Origin: a virus
Lineage: Duplodnaviria > Caudoviricetes
IMG/VR virus record: IMGVR_UViG_3300032212_000110
Span: 1 to 31,605 of that record
Length of the DNA: 31,605 bases
Strand: one strand, 5' to 3'
In this document: piece after piece, positions 9,212 through 17,234 of the stretch
Layout of the letters: the number at the start of each line of letters is the position of its first letter
Position numbering within the stretch: the first letter of the stretch is position 1
Program-made: the position numbers and the translations under genes
The notes under the pieces: generated by a model
Database searches by the model: none
What the model was told of the DNA's origin: nothing
Seen by the model: only the letters and a program-made list of their open reading frames with translations

Positions 9212-9436
9212 TCACTTGTTGTGTCTGCGGTACTTCTTGCCCCACGGCTTATGCTGTTTTTTATCTGGTGTGATTGCTGGCATTTCATCAATAATATTAA
9301 ACATTAATAATTCGCTAACAGGCTCAACCAAAGAACCTTCGCTATCAATTTCTATGCCTTCATCGTTAAGCGCAGATTGTAACTCTATCGACAACCCCGG
9401 CGCGGGCGCCGTTATCATTAATGTTTTATACTTCAT
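9212..9436 (-). CDS. Hypothetical protein
   Basis: 74-aa ORF co-oriented with the operon, with a basic C-terminus. Confidence 0.65.
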   Translation of the reverse strand: MKYKTLMITAPAPGLSIELQSALNDEGIEIDSEGSLVEPVSELLMFNIIDEMPAITPDKKQHKPWGKKYRRHNK

Positions 9437-9472
9437 TGCTTTAACCCGCTAATCTAAAAAGTTATAAAGTTA

Positions 9473-9540
9473 TATGGCGAGTAACCACACGGGGTACGGA
9501 TTGCATCAGGGGAGATTGCAAAACCGTGCGGCCACTCATA
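9473..9540 (-). ncRNA. Candidate structured RNA element in an intergenic gap
   Basis: 14-bp stem 9479-9492/9524-9537 whose three mismatches are all G-U pairs on the minus strand; inner UUGCA/UGCAA hairpin. Confidence 0.45.
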
Positions 9541-9542
9541 AT

Positions 9543-9863
9543 TTATTTAATCGCGTTCTGTTTGTATTCTGGCATCGGATAACCTGTATAAATAATATTA
9601 AATGAATAGTGATCGCCTTTCGTGATGTCTCGCTTGCCTAGCCCTAATTCATCAAAACGCTGTTCTTTAATATTCCACCTAAACTGACAAAAGCCGCCGC
9701 GCAGTGAATAAATTCCATGATAAACATGCTTAGTGTTTCGCCCGGCCTTTGCTTCTTTATATTTAACCATTCGCGTGTATAACCGCTGTGACACATTAAA
9801 ATCACGCATTGCAAATATTATGCGCCGCGCTGGCGTGTCGTTACCCGGATCACCGGGGATCAA
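9543..9863 (-). CDS. Hypothetical protein (RWNI-motif)
   Basis: 106-aa ORF whose start overlaps the stop of the Q-like gene. Confidence 0.65.
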   Translation of the reverse strand: MIPGDPGNDTPARRIIFAMRDFNVSQRLYTRMVKYKEAKAGRNTKHVYHGIYSLRGGFCQFRWNIKEQRFDELGLGKRDITKGDHYSFNIIYTGYPMPEYKQNAIK

Positions 9864-10255
9864 TTTTCTCGCCTTAATTCATCGATCCCAATCTCTGCAG
9901 CTAGGTGCGGTGACATAATCACACCATCAAGCCAATGGTGGCCCGCGTCTATTCGTTTTTTTAATGTCGTTACACTGGTGCCAAGGTAGGCCGCCGCCAC
10001 TTTATCTGATCCGCCGCTTCTAACGTATTTGGCAATGATTGTTTTTTTAATAAGGTGATCAGGCATCGACGCAACCAAACGATCCATTTGTTCGCCCGCC
10101 TTTTCGTTAACAGCATGATCCACGCCACCGCTAAACGCTGTGTTAATAGCTTGCGGGCTAATACAAGATCCTGGTCTTTTTGGCCCAACGGTTCCGCCTT
10201 CGCTGTTAAGCCACTGCGCCCACGTGTTCAACAATTCGTCTATGTGCTGTAACAA
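9860..10255 (-). CDS. Late antiterminator Q-like protein
   Basis: IDELLNTWAQW N-terminus and C-terminal HTH (KVAAAYLGTSVTTLKKRI..G..WLDG); located after VRR-NUC and upstream of the late promoter. Confidence 0.8.
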   Translation of the reverse strand: MLQHIDELLNTWAQWLNSEGGTVGPKRPGSCISPQAINTAFSGGVDHAVNEKAGEQMDRLVASMPDHLIKKTIIAKYVRSGGSDKVAAAYLGTSVTTLKKRIDAGHHWLDGVIMSPHLAAEIGIDELRREN

Positions 10256-10629
10256 TCATCACCCCCGAATATTCGATCTATGTCGTCAACCGATCGCGCC
10301 ACGCCTGCGCGCCCGCCGTTATTGTTAACCGTTTCCATAAATGCCTTTTGATCATCTGTCGGCCCTTCACCCTTTGGCCGTTTGGCTTCAATCGCTAAAA
10401 ACGTGCCATCTTTAAATTGGCCAATAATGTCTGACATGCCGGGAAAGCCAAAACGAACAAAGCGGGCCTTGCCTTTGGCGTCTTTAAATTTTGCGGCGCC
10501 CGTGTTCATCCTTGCGGCCCATGCAACTAACGGGTGAAACTGCAACGCCTCTAATATAGCCGCCTGCACGTCTTTTTCTAGCGGGTTTAAATAATCCGCT
10601 ACCGTGGGCGGCTTTTTATTTCTGGCCAT
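10240..10629 (-). CDS. VRR-NUC domain nuclease (probable Holliday junction resolvase)
   Basis: E..VQ..I, GFPGMSDI, AIEAKR and PTDDQKAF...GG..GVARSVDD motifs; likely start is MARNKK at 10629. Confidence 0.92.
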   Translation of the reverse strand: MARNKKPPTVADYLNPLEKDVQAAILEALQFHPLVAWAARMNTGAAKFKDAKGKARFVRFGFPGMSDIIGQFKDGTFLAIEAKRPKGEGPTDDQKAFMETVNNNGGRAGVARSVDDIDRIFGGDDCYST

Positions 10630-10849
10630 CTTTGTACCAATCGTCCACACCCACCTTGCTGCCATTAACACCCGTTTGGCCGATTTCTAGCGCGGCGTAT
10701 TCTCTAACAAGATCCTGCGCGTCCTTTAGCTTAACCTTGGCGATTTCTTTATGGCTTTGACCGTCCGCTAATAATTCGACTTCATCACAAGCCGCTTGCA
10801 GTGCATCATTAGCGCGGCGCGCCCAATCACTTAATAATTCATAATCCAT
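10616..10849 (-). CDS. Hypothetical helical protein
   Basis: 77 aa; start/stop overlaps with neighbours. Confidence 0.7.
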   Translation of the reverse strand: MDYELLSDWARRANDALQAACDEVELLADGQSHKEIAKVKLKDAQDLVREYAALEIGQTGVNGSKVGVDDWYKDGQK

Positions 10850-11094
10850 TATCCTGCTACCGGGCGAAGTGTCACACCGTCGATGCTGCTCGCATCACGC
10901 GCAAGACCACCGAAAAAAGCGGGCTGGTTGTCTTTGCTTCTTTTTAATTCCGTGCTTATTGCATCGGTTAAAATATCGTGATGATGCTTATAAATGGCCA
11001 CGCTTTTAACCCGCTTGCCTGTGGCTGTCTGTATTGTCTTTATGTTATGGCGTATCATTTCGATCACTGTTAATGCGTTTTTATTTAATAACAT
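10849..11094 (-). CDS. Hypothetical protein
   Basis: 81 aa; GAGG RBS upstream. Confidence 0.7.
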   Translation of the reverse strand: MLLNKNALTVIEMIRHNIKTIQTATGKRVKSVAIYKHHHDILTDAISTELKRSKDNQPAFFGGLARDASSIDGVTLRPVAG

Positions 11095-11107
11095 ATTAAA
11101 ACCCTCT

Positions 11108-11135
11108 TTTTAAAATAGCCCCAATAAAGGGGCTG
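11108..11135 (-). terminator. Terminator-like hairpin within the early operon
   Basis: AGCCCC-AATAAA-GGGGCT stem followed by ATTTT on the minus strand. Confidence 0.55.
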
Positions 11136-11140
11136 CATTA

Positions 11141-11326
11141 TTAATCAGCCAAAATAATTGAATTTTGATCCCACCATTGTGTTACCGCAACACCGTTGGC
11201 CTGCTTGTACTCAATATAATAAGAATTAGCCGCGTTAACGTATTCCGCGCGTCCTTTGATTATTCCCGTTTCACCACTAGCGATTATTTTCACTTCATTA
11301 TCAAGATCAAATGTAAATCCACCCAT
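11141..11326 (-). CDS. Small beta-rich phage protein
   Basis: GETG.I.GRAEY...Y...Y...G.....WW pattern recurrent in temperate phages; GAGG RBS. Confidence 0.75.
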   Translation of the reverse strand: MGGFTFDLDNEVKIIASGETGIIKGRAEYVNAANSYYIEYKQANGVAVTQWWDQNSIILAD

Positions 11327-11353
11327 AATAAAAACCTCTTTAGTTAATGTTCT

Positions 11354-11542
11354 TTATCGCTTCCAGTTCTTTGCACACGATGTGCAAAAATCCCAACGCG
11401 ATCCGTTTTTCACAACTCTAACAACCATTAGCCCCATGCCTTTTGCTGTGCGGCGGGCCTCGGGTATGCTTTCAAAATCGTCCGTAACAATTCCCTTTCC
11501 GCATTGATCACAATTTACTGTTATTGTTCTGTATGCAGTCAT
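11354..11542 (-). CDS. Small zinc-finger protein
   Basis: CDQCG ... DFCTSC. Confidence 0.75.
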   Translation of the reverse strand: MTAYRTITVNCDQCGKGIVTDDFESIPEARRTAKGMGLMVVRVVKNGSRWDFCTSCAKNWKR

Positions 11543-12132
11543 TGAATAATTAACTCACTAGAAAACCCGATCAGGCTTTCCACTCTTTCAACATCAAACG
11601 CGTTCAACTCGCCGCGCTTGCCTGCTATCTCTAAAAAACAAAGCCGCGCCCGGTGTGCAATTAAATTGCGGGCTGTTTCCCAAAGGTATGTTTTAAACTC
11701 CCGGCCATGCCACTTGCTTGCGATCGTTTTCCGGTGATGGTTACAAACGGGCAAGGCCAGCCAAGTTAGTTCTAATTGTTTTGGCTTCAAACCTGCGGGC
11801 GGTAAAGGTCTAATATAATTATCTGCGCGCATAAAGCCGCCGGGGTTGGTTTTCTCGAACTGGCAAACGGTGGCGGGTATGTGATCAAAAAAACCTTTGC
11901 GATCCACGTGAGCAATACATGACATTTTTAAAATGCGTTGGTGGTGATCTTCTGGCGTTAATATTCCGCAACGGTTTAACGCTTCCCACAATGCTGGCTG
12001 GTGAAAATACCCGGCAATATTAAGCTGGTGTAAAAACAAACGATCGGCGCGGCGCTGGTTCTTTTGTTCCACGTGTAACTTTTTCACACCTTTAGTGGGC
12101 TTTAGCGTGGTGATATTGTCGCGGATAATCAT
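11539..12132 (-). CDS. Hypothetical protein, possible degenerate HNH/DUF968-like
   Basis: SCIAH...VC...LALPVCNHH resembles the C-terminal motif of nin-region HNH-like proteins; weak similarity. Confidence 0.55.
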   Translation of the reverse strand: MIIRDNITTLKPTKGVKKLHVEQKNQRRADRLFLHQLNIAGYFHQPALWEALNRCGILTPEDHHQRILKMSCIAHVDRKGFFDHIPATVCQFEKTNPGGFMRADNYIRPLPPAGLKPKQLELTWLALPVCNHHRKTIASKWHGREFKTYLWETARNLIAHRARLCFLEIAGKRGELNAFDVERVESLIGFSSELIIQ

Positions 12133-12134
12133 GA

Positions 12135-12374
12135 TCAGACCTTGGCCGCTATGGCTTCACACGTTTTTATAATGTCCTGACAAGTGATCCATGCCTCAAC
12201 CTGCAGATCGTCGATCACTATGTCGCCTAAGCTGCTTTCTAACTCCATTACCAATTCTATTAAGTCCAAACTATCCAGCCCTAAATGTTCCAGCGTGTCC
12301 GCTGGCGTTACTTCAATACCGCCTTGCTGCTCACTGATAACGCTTAAAACGCGTTCTTGTATTTCTTCCACCAT
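12135..12374 (-). CDS. acpP: Acyl carrier protein homolog
   Basis: 79 aa, acidic, with the phosphopantetheine motif LGLDSLDLIELVMELE and N-terminal IQERVLSVISEQ. Confidence 0.9.
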   Translation of the reverse strand: MVEEIQERVLSVISEQQGGIEVTPADTLEHLGLDSLDLIELVMELESSLGDIVIDDLQVEAWITCQDIIKTCEAIAAKV

Positions 12375-12409
12375 AGTGATTGCCTTTTGTTGAATTAATG
12401 ACGCGCCGT

Positions 12410-12727
12410 TTAGCTTTCTGTGTAGGTTTCCAAATACGCACGCCCTAGCGGCGTCAATCTTTTTGGCACGCCCTTGCCCGCGTTTACTAAAAACCCCCCG
12501 TCAACTGCTATATGGTAAGCGGTATGGCCAGACCAAAAACCCTCAACCTGATCACGCAATGTTTTTGCTATTTGTTTCCTTTTTCGTTTCACGCAATTAT
12601 TTGTAGCCTCACCAAAGTTAGAGCCACTAAAAAGATTATTTATATAATCATCTGAAACTATGCTTATTCGTTCTGGTTTCATTTTAATTGCCTGCCTTAA
12701 AAAATCGCGATCAACGAATCCCGCCAA
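12410..12727 (-). CDS. Hypothetical protein (possible winged-helix, LTPLGR C-terminus)
   Basis: 105-aa ORF in the operon; the true start may be MKPER at ~12682. Confidence 0.65.
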   Translation of the reverse strand: MAGFVDRDFLRQAIKMKPERISIVSDDYINNLFSGSNFGEATNNCVKRKRKQIAKTLRDQVEGFWSGHTAYHIAVDGGFLVNAGKGVPKRLTPLGRAYLETYTES

Positions 12728-12903
12728 TCTTCAAAAGTTAAAATACTGCCTATATGCTCAACCTGTGCATGTGGTCGGCTTTTAATATCCCAGCCATCCG
12801 TTATCATGTCGGGCTTATGCGAATAGGCCCATACTTCGCCACTGGCATCTACCGCCGTGTAATTAGCCCACGGCGGGATCGTTAATAAATTTTTGCTTGC
12901 CAT
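12697..12903 (-). CDS. Small phage protein
   Basis: P.WANY.AVD..GEVWAY..KP ... DWRDSL pattern common in proteobacterial phages. Confidence 0.75.
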   Translation of the reverse strand: MASKNLLTIPPWANYTAVDASGEVWAYSHKPDMITDGWDIKSRPHAQVEHIGSILTFEDWRDSLIAIF

Positions 12904-13145
12904 GTCGCGTTTAGTAATTCAACCGGGGCCGAAAAGAAACCGCCCCAAATTAATAATGTAAAAACTAAAGCCGTGGTGATTGTGTCGGCGGCTATTTCTC
13001 TATTGTCTTTTGCCCTGCGGCCACTAGCCCAATAACCAAAACAACTAATGCCAAGCTGGGCCAATAAAGCCCCGGCAACGATTAAGTGGGGTAAGAACAT
13101 GCTGACCACTTCCCAAAAAGTTAAAATAGTGCTGGTTGTTCCCAT
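12882..13145 (-). CDS. Small membrane protein (two predicted TM segments)
   Basis: Two hydrophobic stretches and an LLIWGGFF motif. Confidence 0.7.
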   Translation of the reverse strand: MGTTSTILTFWEVVSMFLPHLIVAGALLAQLGISCFGYWASGRRAKDNREIAADTITTALVFTLLIWGGFFSAPVELLNATWQAKIY

Positions 13146-13450
13146 GCTTCGTGCCTCTGGTATTGGTTATCTAAATATTCGTTTTTAATTCTTACCGGCG
13201 TCACCTTCTTTGTGCTTATCGGGCACCGCACCTTTTCGCCTGCTTCTTCTAACATTCCCACGCTGTGAACTAATTTGTTAACACGCCCGGCCACCGCGCT
13301 GGGTTCTATTCCTGTAAGCCTTGAGATTTGGCGGCGGGTGAAATATTGCCCCGCACGCATCACCGCAAGAATTTTGCCGATCTCTGTTGCGTGCGTGCCT
13401 TCCGCTTCGCCTTCTCGATATGCCAACTTGCTTGCGTGCGCCACTGCCAT
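13121..13450 (-). CDS. Winged-helix DNA-binding protein
   Basis: TRRQISRLTGIEPSAVAGRVNKLV..G...RCPIS. Confidence 0.8.
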   Translation of the reverse strand: MAVAHASKLAYREGEAEGTHATEIGKILAVMRAGQYFTRRQISRLTGIEPSAVAGRVNKLVHSVGMLEEAGEKVRCPISTKKVTPVRIKNEYLDNQYQRHEAWEQPALF

Positions 13451-13461
13451 AAATCACCCCG

Positions 13462-14055
13462 CTAAAAAGCTTGTTTTTTTATCCCTTCTTTCATTGCTTC
13501 TTGAACTGAATATAAAACCGGATCGAAAACGACGATCACACTAGGGAATGGTGCCGGGTGTTCTGCGCCTTCAAATTTAATGCGGCCCTTATAAAAACGA
13601 ATATCTATACCTTGTCGCGGGCCGTTCGTTTCTTCATCCCATATGAACGAATGAAAATACCCTGTATCTGTTCTTGACGGTAAAAGCGCCACTGTTTTGC
13701 ATCCACGCGTGATCATTTCGTTGGCGGCCTTTTCCACCCAATCAGTGATCCCCGGTATATATTTTCTGTTGTGGTGGCCACGTTCCGCGCATTTTTTCTT
13801 TTTGCAATTCTTCTTGCATGGGTGCTCTGGATCTCCATATGGCGGATTCATCCAGTTAGCGCCCTTCTTATTCCAGTCTTGCTTTAACCCGTTTTCCCGG
13901 CGGTTAAAATATTTGGGCGTTTTGGCGTTGGCACTGGTGGCGCATACGTCCAGTGTAAAATTAAACTCCTTATGCAATGAATCAAAAACCTTCTTTGGTG
14001 TAGCCCAATCTATGCGGGCACTGCTGTGCATTGCTTCTCTTGTTGTTTTTTTCAT
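13462..14055 (-). CDS. DNA N6-adenine methyltransferase (phage Dam family)
   Basis: DWATP, FTLDVCA, MNPPYG, LLPSRTDT, GRIKF and APFPS motifs. Confidence 0.95.
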   Translation of the reverse strand: MKKTTREAMHSSARIDWATPKKVFDSLHKEFNFTLDVCATSANAKTPKYFNRRENGLKQDWNKKGANWMNPPYGDPEHPCKKNCKKKKCAERGHHNRKYIPGITDWVEKAANEMITRGCKTVALLPSRTDTGYFHSFIWDEETNGPRQGIDIRFYKGRIKFEGAEHPAPFPSVIVVFDPVLYSVQEAMKEGIKKQAF

Positions 14056-14366
14056 CGTGCGGCCAATTCCTTATTTCGTTTTTGTTGTTGTTCGCGTATC
14101 TGTTCAAGTTCTTTCAGTACCGCTGCGCCGTTTTTTTGTTCTTGCTGTACTTCCCAATCTCTGCGGCGCTGGTGATGCTCTGCACAACGCCACACGCCAC
14201 CGTGTAAAAACTGCCCCGGCTGGCCACATTTGCATTGCGTGGTTTTCTTGCCTGCCTTTGGCGCCGCGTTTTTAACCCAACCACACCCGCATTTTTCAGC
14301 ACCGGGGAAAAGCGGCGTTTTACAATCTTCACATTTAAGCGATACGTCATTACTCACTAAACACAC
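14052..14366 (-). CDS. Zinc-ribbon protein downstream of the replication initiator
   Basis: CEDC...CGCG and CKCG...CAEH; occupies the position of lambda P-like loaders. Confidence 0.7.
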   Translation of the reverse strand: MCLVSNDVSLKCEDCKTPLFPGAEKCGCGWVKNAAPKAGKKTTQCKCGQPGQFLHGGVWRCAEHHQRRRDWEVQQEQKNGAAVLKELEQIREQQQKRNKELAAR

Positions 14367-15121
14367 TCCGCTGCGTAGTTCTCAAAATATTCAGGGTTAA
14401 ATAATGTTTTTGGTGCCAGCCATTCCGATCGTTTTGGATCGGTTAACCATGTGCGGCACTTTCTGGCAATCACTTGGCGCATGGTGTCGGTGGTATAGCC
14501 TCGCTCTAACAAATTTAATACGGCTAGGCTTGCGAAGCTGGGATCCAGTTCTTCACCGATCGGGTAAAGCCGTTCCGTCTTTTCATTCAAGAAAGCGATC
14601 ACGTCTGCAGCATCTAAAAACAGATTTTCACCCGCGCCCCTTTTGTTGGCGTCCTCTTTGACGTCCTCTAATGAAGAACTACTGTGATCCTGTGTCACCA
14701 CCTTAGTGTCGTTAGGATCACCACCTTGTGACAGAAGATCACCACCTTGTGACAGAGGATCACCACCTTGTGACACACGATCACCAGCATCTGGTGACAG
14801 ACGATCACTAGCTGGGATTGTTGCGGTGTAATTATTGCGGCGCCATTTATTGCCGCCTTGGTGTTCTTTTCGTATTGATAGCCACCCGCTTTGTGTGGCC
14901 TTTTTTATGTGCCTTAATATTGTGCGGCGTGCCAGCTTCGTTTCTTTTTCTAACGTGGTGATCGATGGGAAACACGATCCGCCCTTCTCGTTCATGTGAA
15001 GCGATAAGGTCAACAAAACATGGCGTGTTGTTGGTTCGCTTGGCCCTTCATCACTAGCAACCATTCCGCGCCAACTAAAAAGCGGGTTAAGTGTTCTTTG
15101 TGTTTTGTTCTTATTAGCCAT
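14357..15121 (-). CDS. Replication initiator protein (O-like; N-terminal HTH, conserved phage C-terminal domain)
   Basis: CFPSITTLEKETKLARRTI....L...GWL HTH, internal iterons, and C-terminal VI.FLNEKT...WLAPKTLFNP..FENY. Confidence 0.9.
   Translation of the reverse strand: MANKNKTQRTLNPLFSWRGMVASDEGPSEPTTRHVLLTLSLHMNEKGGSCFPSITTLEKETKLARRTILRHIKKATQSGWLSIRKEHQGGNKWRRNNYTATIPASDRLSPDAGDRVSQGGDPLSQGGDLLSQGGDPNDTKVVTQDHSSSSLEDVKEDANKRGAGENLFLDAADVIAFLNEKTERLYPIGEELDPSFASLAVLNLLERGYTTDTMRQVIARKCRTWLTDPKRSEWLAPKTLFNPEYFENYAAECV
14716..14808. repeat. Iterons (replication origin) inside the initiator gene
   Basis: GATCACCACCTTGTGACA units start at 14716, 14737 and 14758 (21-bp period), with degenerate copies at 14779 and 14803. 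Confidence 0.85.
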
Positions 15122-15309
15122 TAACGTGCCTTTATATCCGGGCCGCCTTGTTCGCGGTTTTCGATCTGCAGTTCTTGGGCTATTTCTACGCCGTGATCGC
15201 CAAGGTCTTTGGCTGGCTCTGAATTAAAAAAGCAACCGCCGCATTTTTTCTGGCAATTGCAAGTTGGCGAATCCTTGCCAACGGGAGAGTTCTTTTTATT
15301 CGCGCACAT
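15121..15309 (-). CDS. Small Cys-rich hypothetical protein
   Basis: CNCQKKCGGC; tightly packed between the CII-like and initiator genes. Confidence 0.6.
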   Translation of the reverse strand: MCANKKNSPVGKDSPTCNCQKKCGGCFFNSEPAKDLGDHGVEIAQELQIENREQGGPDIKAR

Positions 15310-15310
15310 A

Positions 15311-15874
15311 TTATTTGGTGCCTTCGTTTATGCGCTCAATCAAACCGTGAGCCGCCGCGATAACATCAATTAATTGTTTTTTAGTGTTGCCCGCTAAGTG
15401 GCGATCTTCCGGGCCGATACCGCCGCCGGTTTCCATCATTTCCCCAACCGCCTGCACTGCTTCGCCTGTTTCGCGCATTAAATCAGCAATGGATTTGTGA
15501 TCATGTATTGCGCCCGATTTAGGTATTAATACCGGCATGGTGCCAACGCGAATATGAAGATCACGAAAACAGTCAGTTTTATAAGGCTCTAACATGCAGG
15601 CCAGCCAAGTTTCTTCAACATCGATCGGCATACGGCCATTGCTTGCCGCTGCGTCCTCACTTAGCCAGCGTTCAATTCGGCGGGTGTTCGCTGTTACGTC
15701 TGCGATCAGATTCCCGGTGTCTTTGAATTGATAGCCGCCCGGCGGCACCATCGTGGGGTGTGCTTCCATTAACCGCAAAGCCAGCTTTTCTGTGGTGTCG
15801 CTGGTAGCGTGAAGCATTGCGCGGGTGTGTCTAAACACCGTTTGCGATCTTGTTTCTTTTTGTTGGATTTTCAA
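15311..15874 (-). CDS. CII/YdaT-like regulatory protein
   Basis: Follows cro; has ..N.RRIERWL, MPIDVEETWL..M.EPY and a C-terminal helical pair (LMRETGEAVQA ... LIDVIAAA). Confidence 0.6.
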   Translation of the reverse strand: MKIQQKETRSQTVFRHTRAMLHATSDTTEKLALRLMEAHPTMVPPGGYQFKDTGNLIADVTANTRRIERWLSEDAAASNGRMPIDVEETWLACMLEPYKTDCFRDLHIRVGTMPVLIPKSGAIHDHKSIADLMRETGEAVQAVGEMMETGGGIGPEDRHLAGNTKKQLIDVIAAAHGLIERINEGTK

Positions 15875-15939
15875 CGCTCTGTTTCTCCACTTTTTGTGTA
15901 ACTCTTAAATCAATGAATACTCAACAACAAAACAGCCTT

Positions 15940-16179
15940 TTAAGCCGCTTTTTCAGGTTCGGGGAAAACGTCCGGGTTAAGTTCGTGCGGCTGGTAGACT
16001 TTGCCGCTCGTTTTTTTAATGAAGTCGATAAACGCGATCACACGAATAGCAGGAACGCGATCAGCGTCGATCCACTTATAAACACTGGTATGCGAGCCAA
16101 AATCAAAGAATTTGGCCACTGCGGCCACTCCATCCGCATCCTTAACCGCACTTTTTACAATCTTTTTATTTTTAAGCAT
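15940..16179 (-). CDS. cro: Cro-like repressor (YdaS-like HTH)
   Basis: G.AAVAK.F....TSVYKW...RVPA.R...PHELNPDVF; divergent from the cI-like gene. Confidence 0.9.
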   Translation of the reverse strand: MLKNKKIVKSAVKDADGVAAVAKFFDFGSHTSVYKWIDADRVPAIRVIAFIDFIKKTSGKVYQPHELNPDVFPEPEKAA

Positions 16180-16185
16180 GGGGCT

Positions 16186-16215
16186 ATACTCTTACACTAG
16201 AGGTGTAAAAGTCAA
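16186..16215 (-). promoter_or_regulatory. pR-like promoter with an embedded operator TTACAC-TAGAG-GTGTAA (16192-16208)
   Basis: TTGACT (16215-16210), 18-nt spacer, GAGTAT (16191-16186); the operator palindrome fills the spacer. Confidence 0.7.
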
Positions 16216-16281
16216 TAGTTTTTTATACTTCCATGTCACTTTTTCACTAAAACATTGTAATGGCTGGTTTTTTGTATTGGT

Positions 16282-16298
16282 TTACACTTATGGTGCGG
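16282..16298. promoter_or_regulatory. Operator copy upstream of the cI-like gene
   Basis: TTACAC-TTATG-GTGCGG; the first 15 nt are identical to 17241-17255. Confidence 0.7.
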
Positions 16299-16327
16299 CT
16301 TCGTAAGCCGTTATTTACAAGGAAAAA

Positions 16328-16798
16328 TTGATCATGGCTACAGAATCAAGATTAACCAAGGCGTTTGGCGCGCGGCTTAAAGCAGAAATGATGAAACAAG
16401 GCTATATTGCCCCCCGCTCTGCGCTGGGCGCGGACGCGGAACAATTAAAAAAAGCCGTTGGGGTTTCTTCTTTAAACACTGCGCGGCGCTATTTGAAAGG
16501 TGAAACAATGGCACGCCCTGAACATATGGAAAAAATAGCGCAATGGCTGGGCGTCCGGGTGCAATGGCTTCGTGATGGTGAAATGCCTAAAAACGAGAAT
16601 GACCCCGATCACGGCGTGGATCATGCTGTCTTGGCCGAGGCGCTGGCCGAGGTTCAAAACGCGGCGGCCTCTTTCGATAATGAGATCACCCCCGACATGC
16701 TAGCCCGCGCCACTAGCCTGCTATATGCCGATCTTGTGCGCGGCATCCCTGCCGAAAAAAAGCGTATATATGACATATTTAGTGTTTTAGCCCTTTAA
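16328..16798 (+). CDS. CI-like immunity repressor (XRE HTH, no S24 peptidase domain)
   Basis: FGARLK...LKKAVGVSSLNTARRYLKGETM..P.....IAQWLGVRVQWLRDG; short helical C-terminus. Confidence 0.88.
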   Translation: MIMATESRLTKAFGARLKAEMMKQGYIAPRSALGADAEQLKKAVGVSSLNTARRYLKGETMARPEHMEKIAQWLGVRVQWLRDGEMPKNENDPDHGVDHAVLAEALAEVQNAAASFDNEITPDMLARATSLLYADLVRGIPAEKKRIYDIFSVLAL

Positions 16799-16884
16799 AA
16801 TACTTACGTATTATTATTAGACTTGATCTATCATAAAAACCGGCTATTTTTTTACCTCACAAAAACAACACATGGGGTGGGGAA

Positions 16885-17199
16885 ATGTCGGAAATGGAAA
16901 GGCTAGCCAAGCGTTACATTATCAATGGATTGACGCCAGCAAATCAGCAAAACACTGTTTATTTTTTAAAGGTATGCGCAATGGTGGCTGCTATCGCCTG
17001 CGTGGCGTTTGCTAGCGGCCAAATGTCTGCCAATAAACATCAAGCTGGCGATCTAAAGTTTCAAACCATTAACGCGCTGCAGGAACAAATAAGCCAAATT
17101 AAAGCCGAGCAACACCGAATAAAAATAGAACAACACGAAATAAAAACGGAACAATTGGCGCGCACGCCGCGTGTATATTCGATCGGCCTTAGCCAGTAA
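16885..17199 (+). CDS. Membrane-anchored coiled-coil protein next to the repressor (possible lysogen-expressed exclusion factor)
   Basis: One hydrophobic segment followed by IK.EQ heptads; GGGG RBS. Confidence 0.65.
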   Translation: MSEMERLAKRYIINGLTPANQQNTVYFLKVCAMVAAIACVAFASGQMSANKHQAGDLKFQTINALQEQISQIKAEQHRIKIEQHEIKTEQLARTPRVYSIGLSQ

Positions 17200-17234
17200 C
17201 GCCCGATCAATTGAAAATTAATTAACATATTTAC

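Noticed and set aside
9473-9540. tRNA gene
   Set aside because: No T-loop GTTC motif or cloverleaf; kept only as a generic structured RNA candidate.
14716-14808. Short direct repeats as a CRISPR array
   Set aside because: They are tandem 21-bp units with no spacers, lie in frame within the initiator gene, and no cas genes are present.
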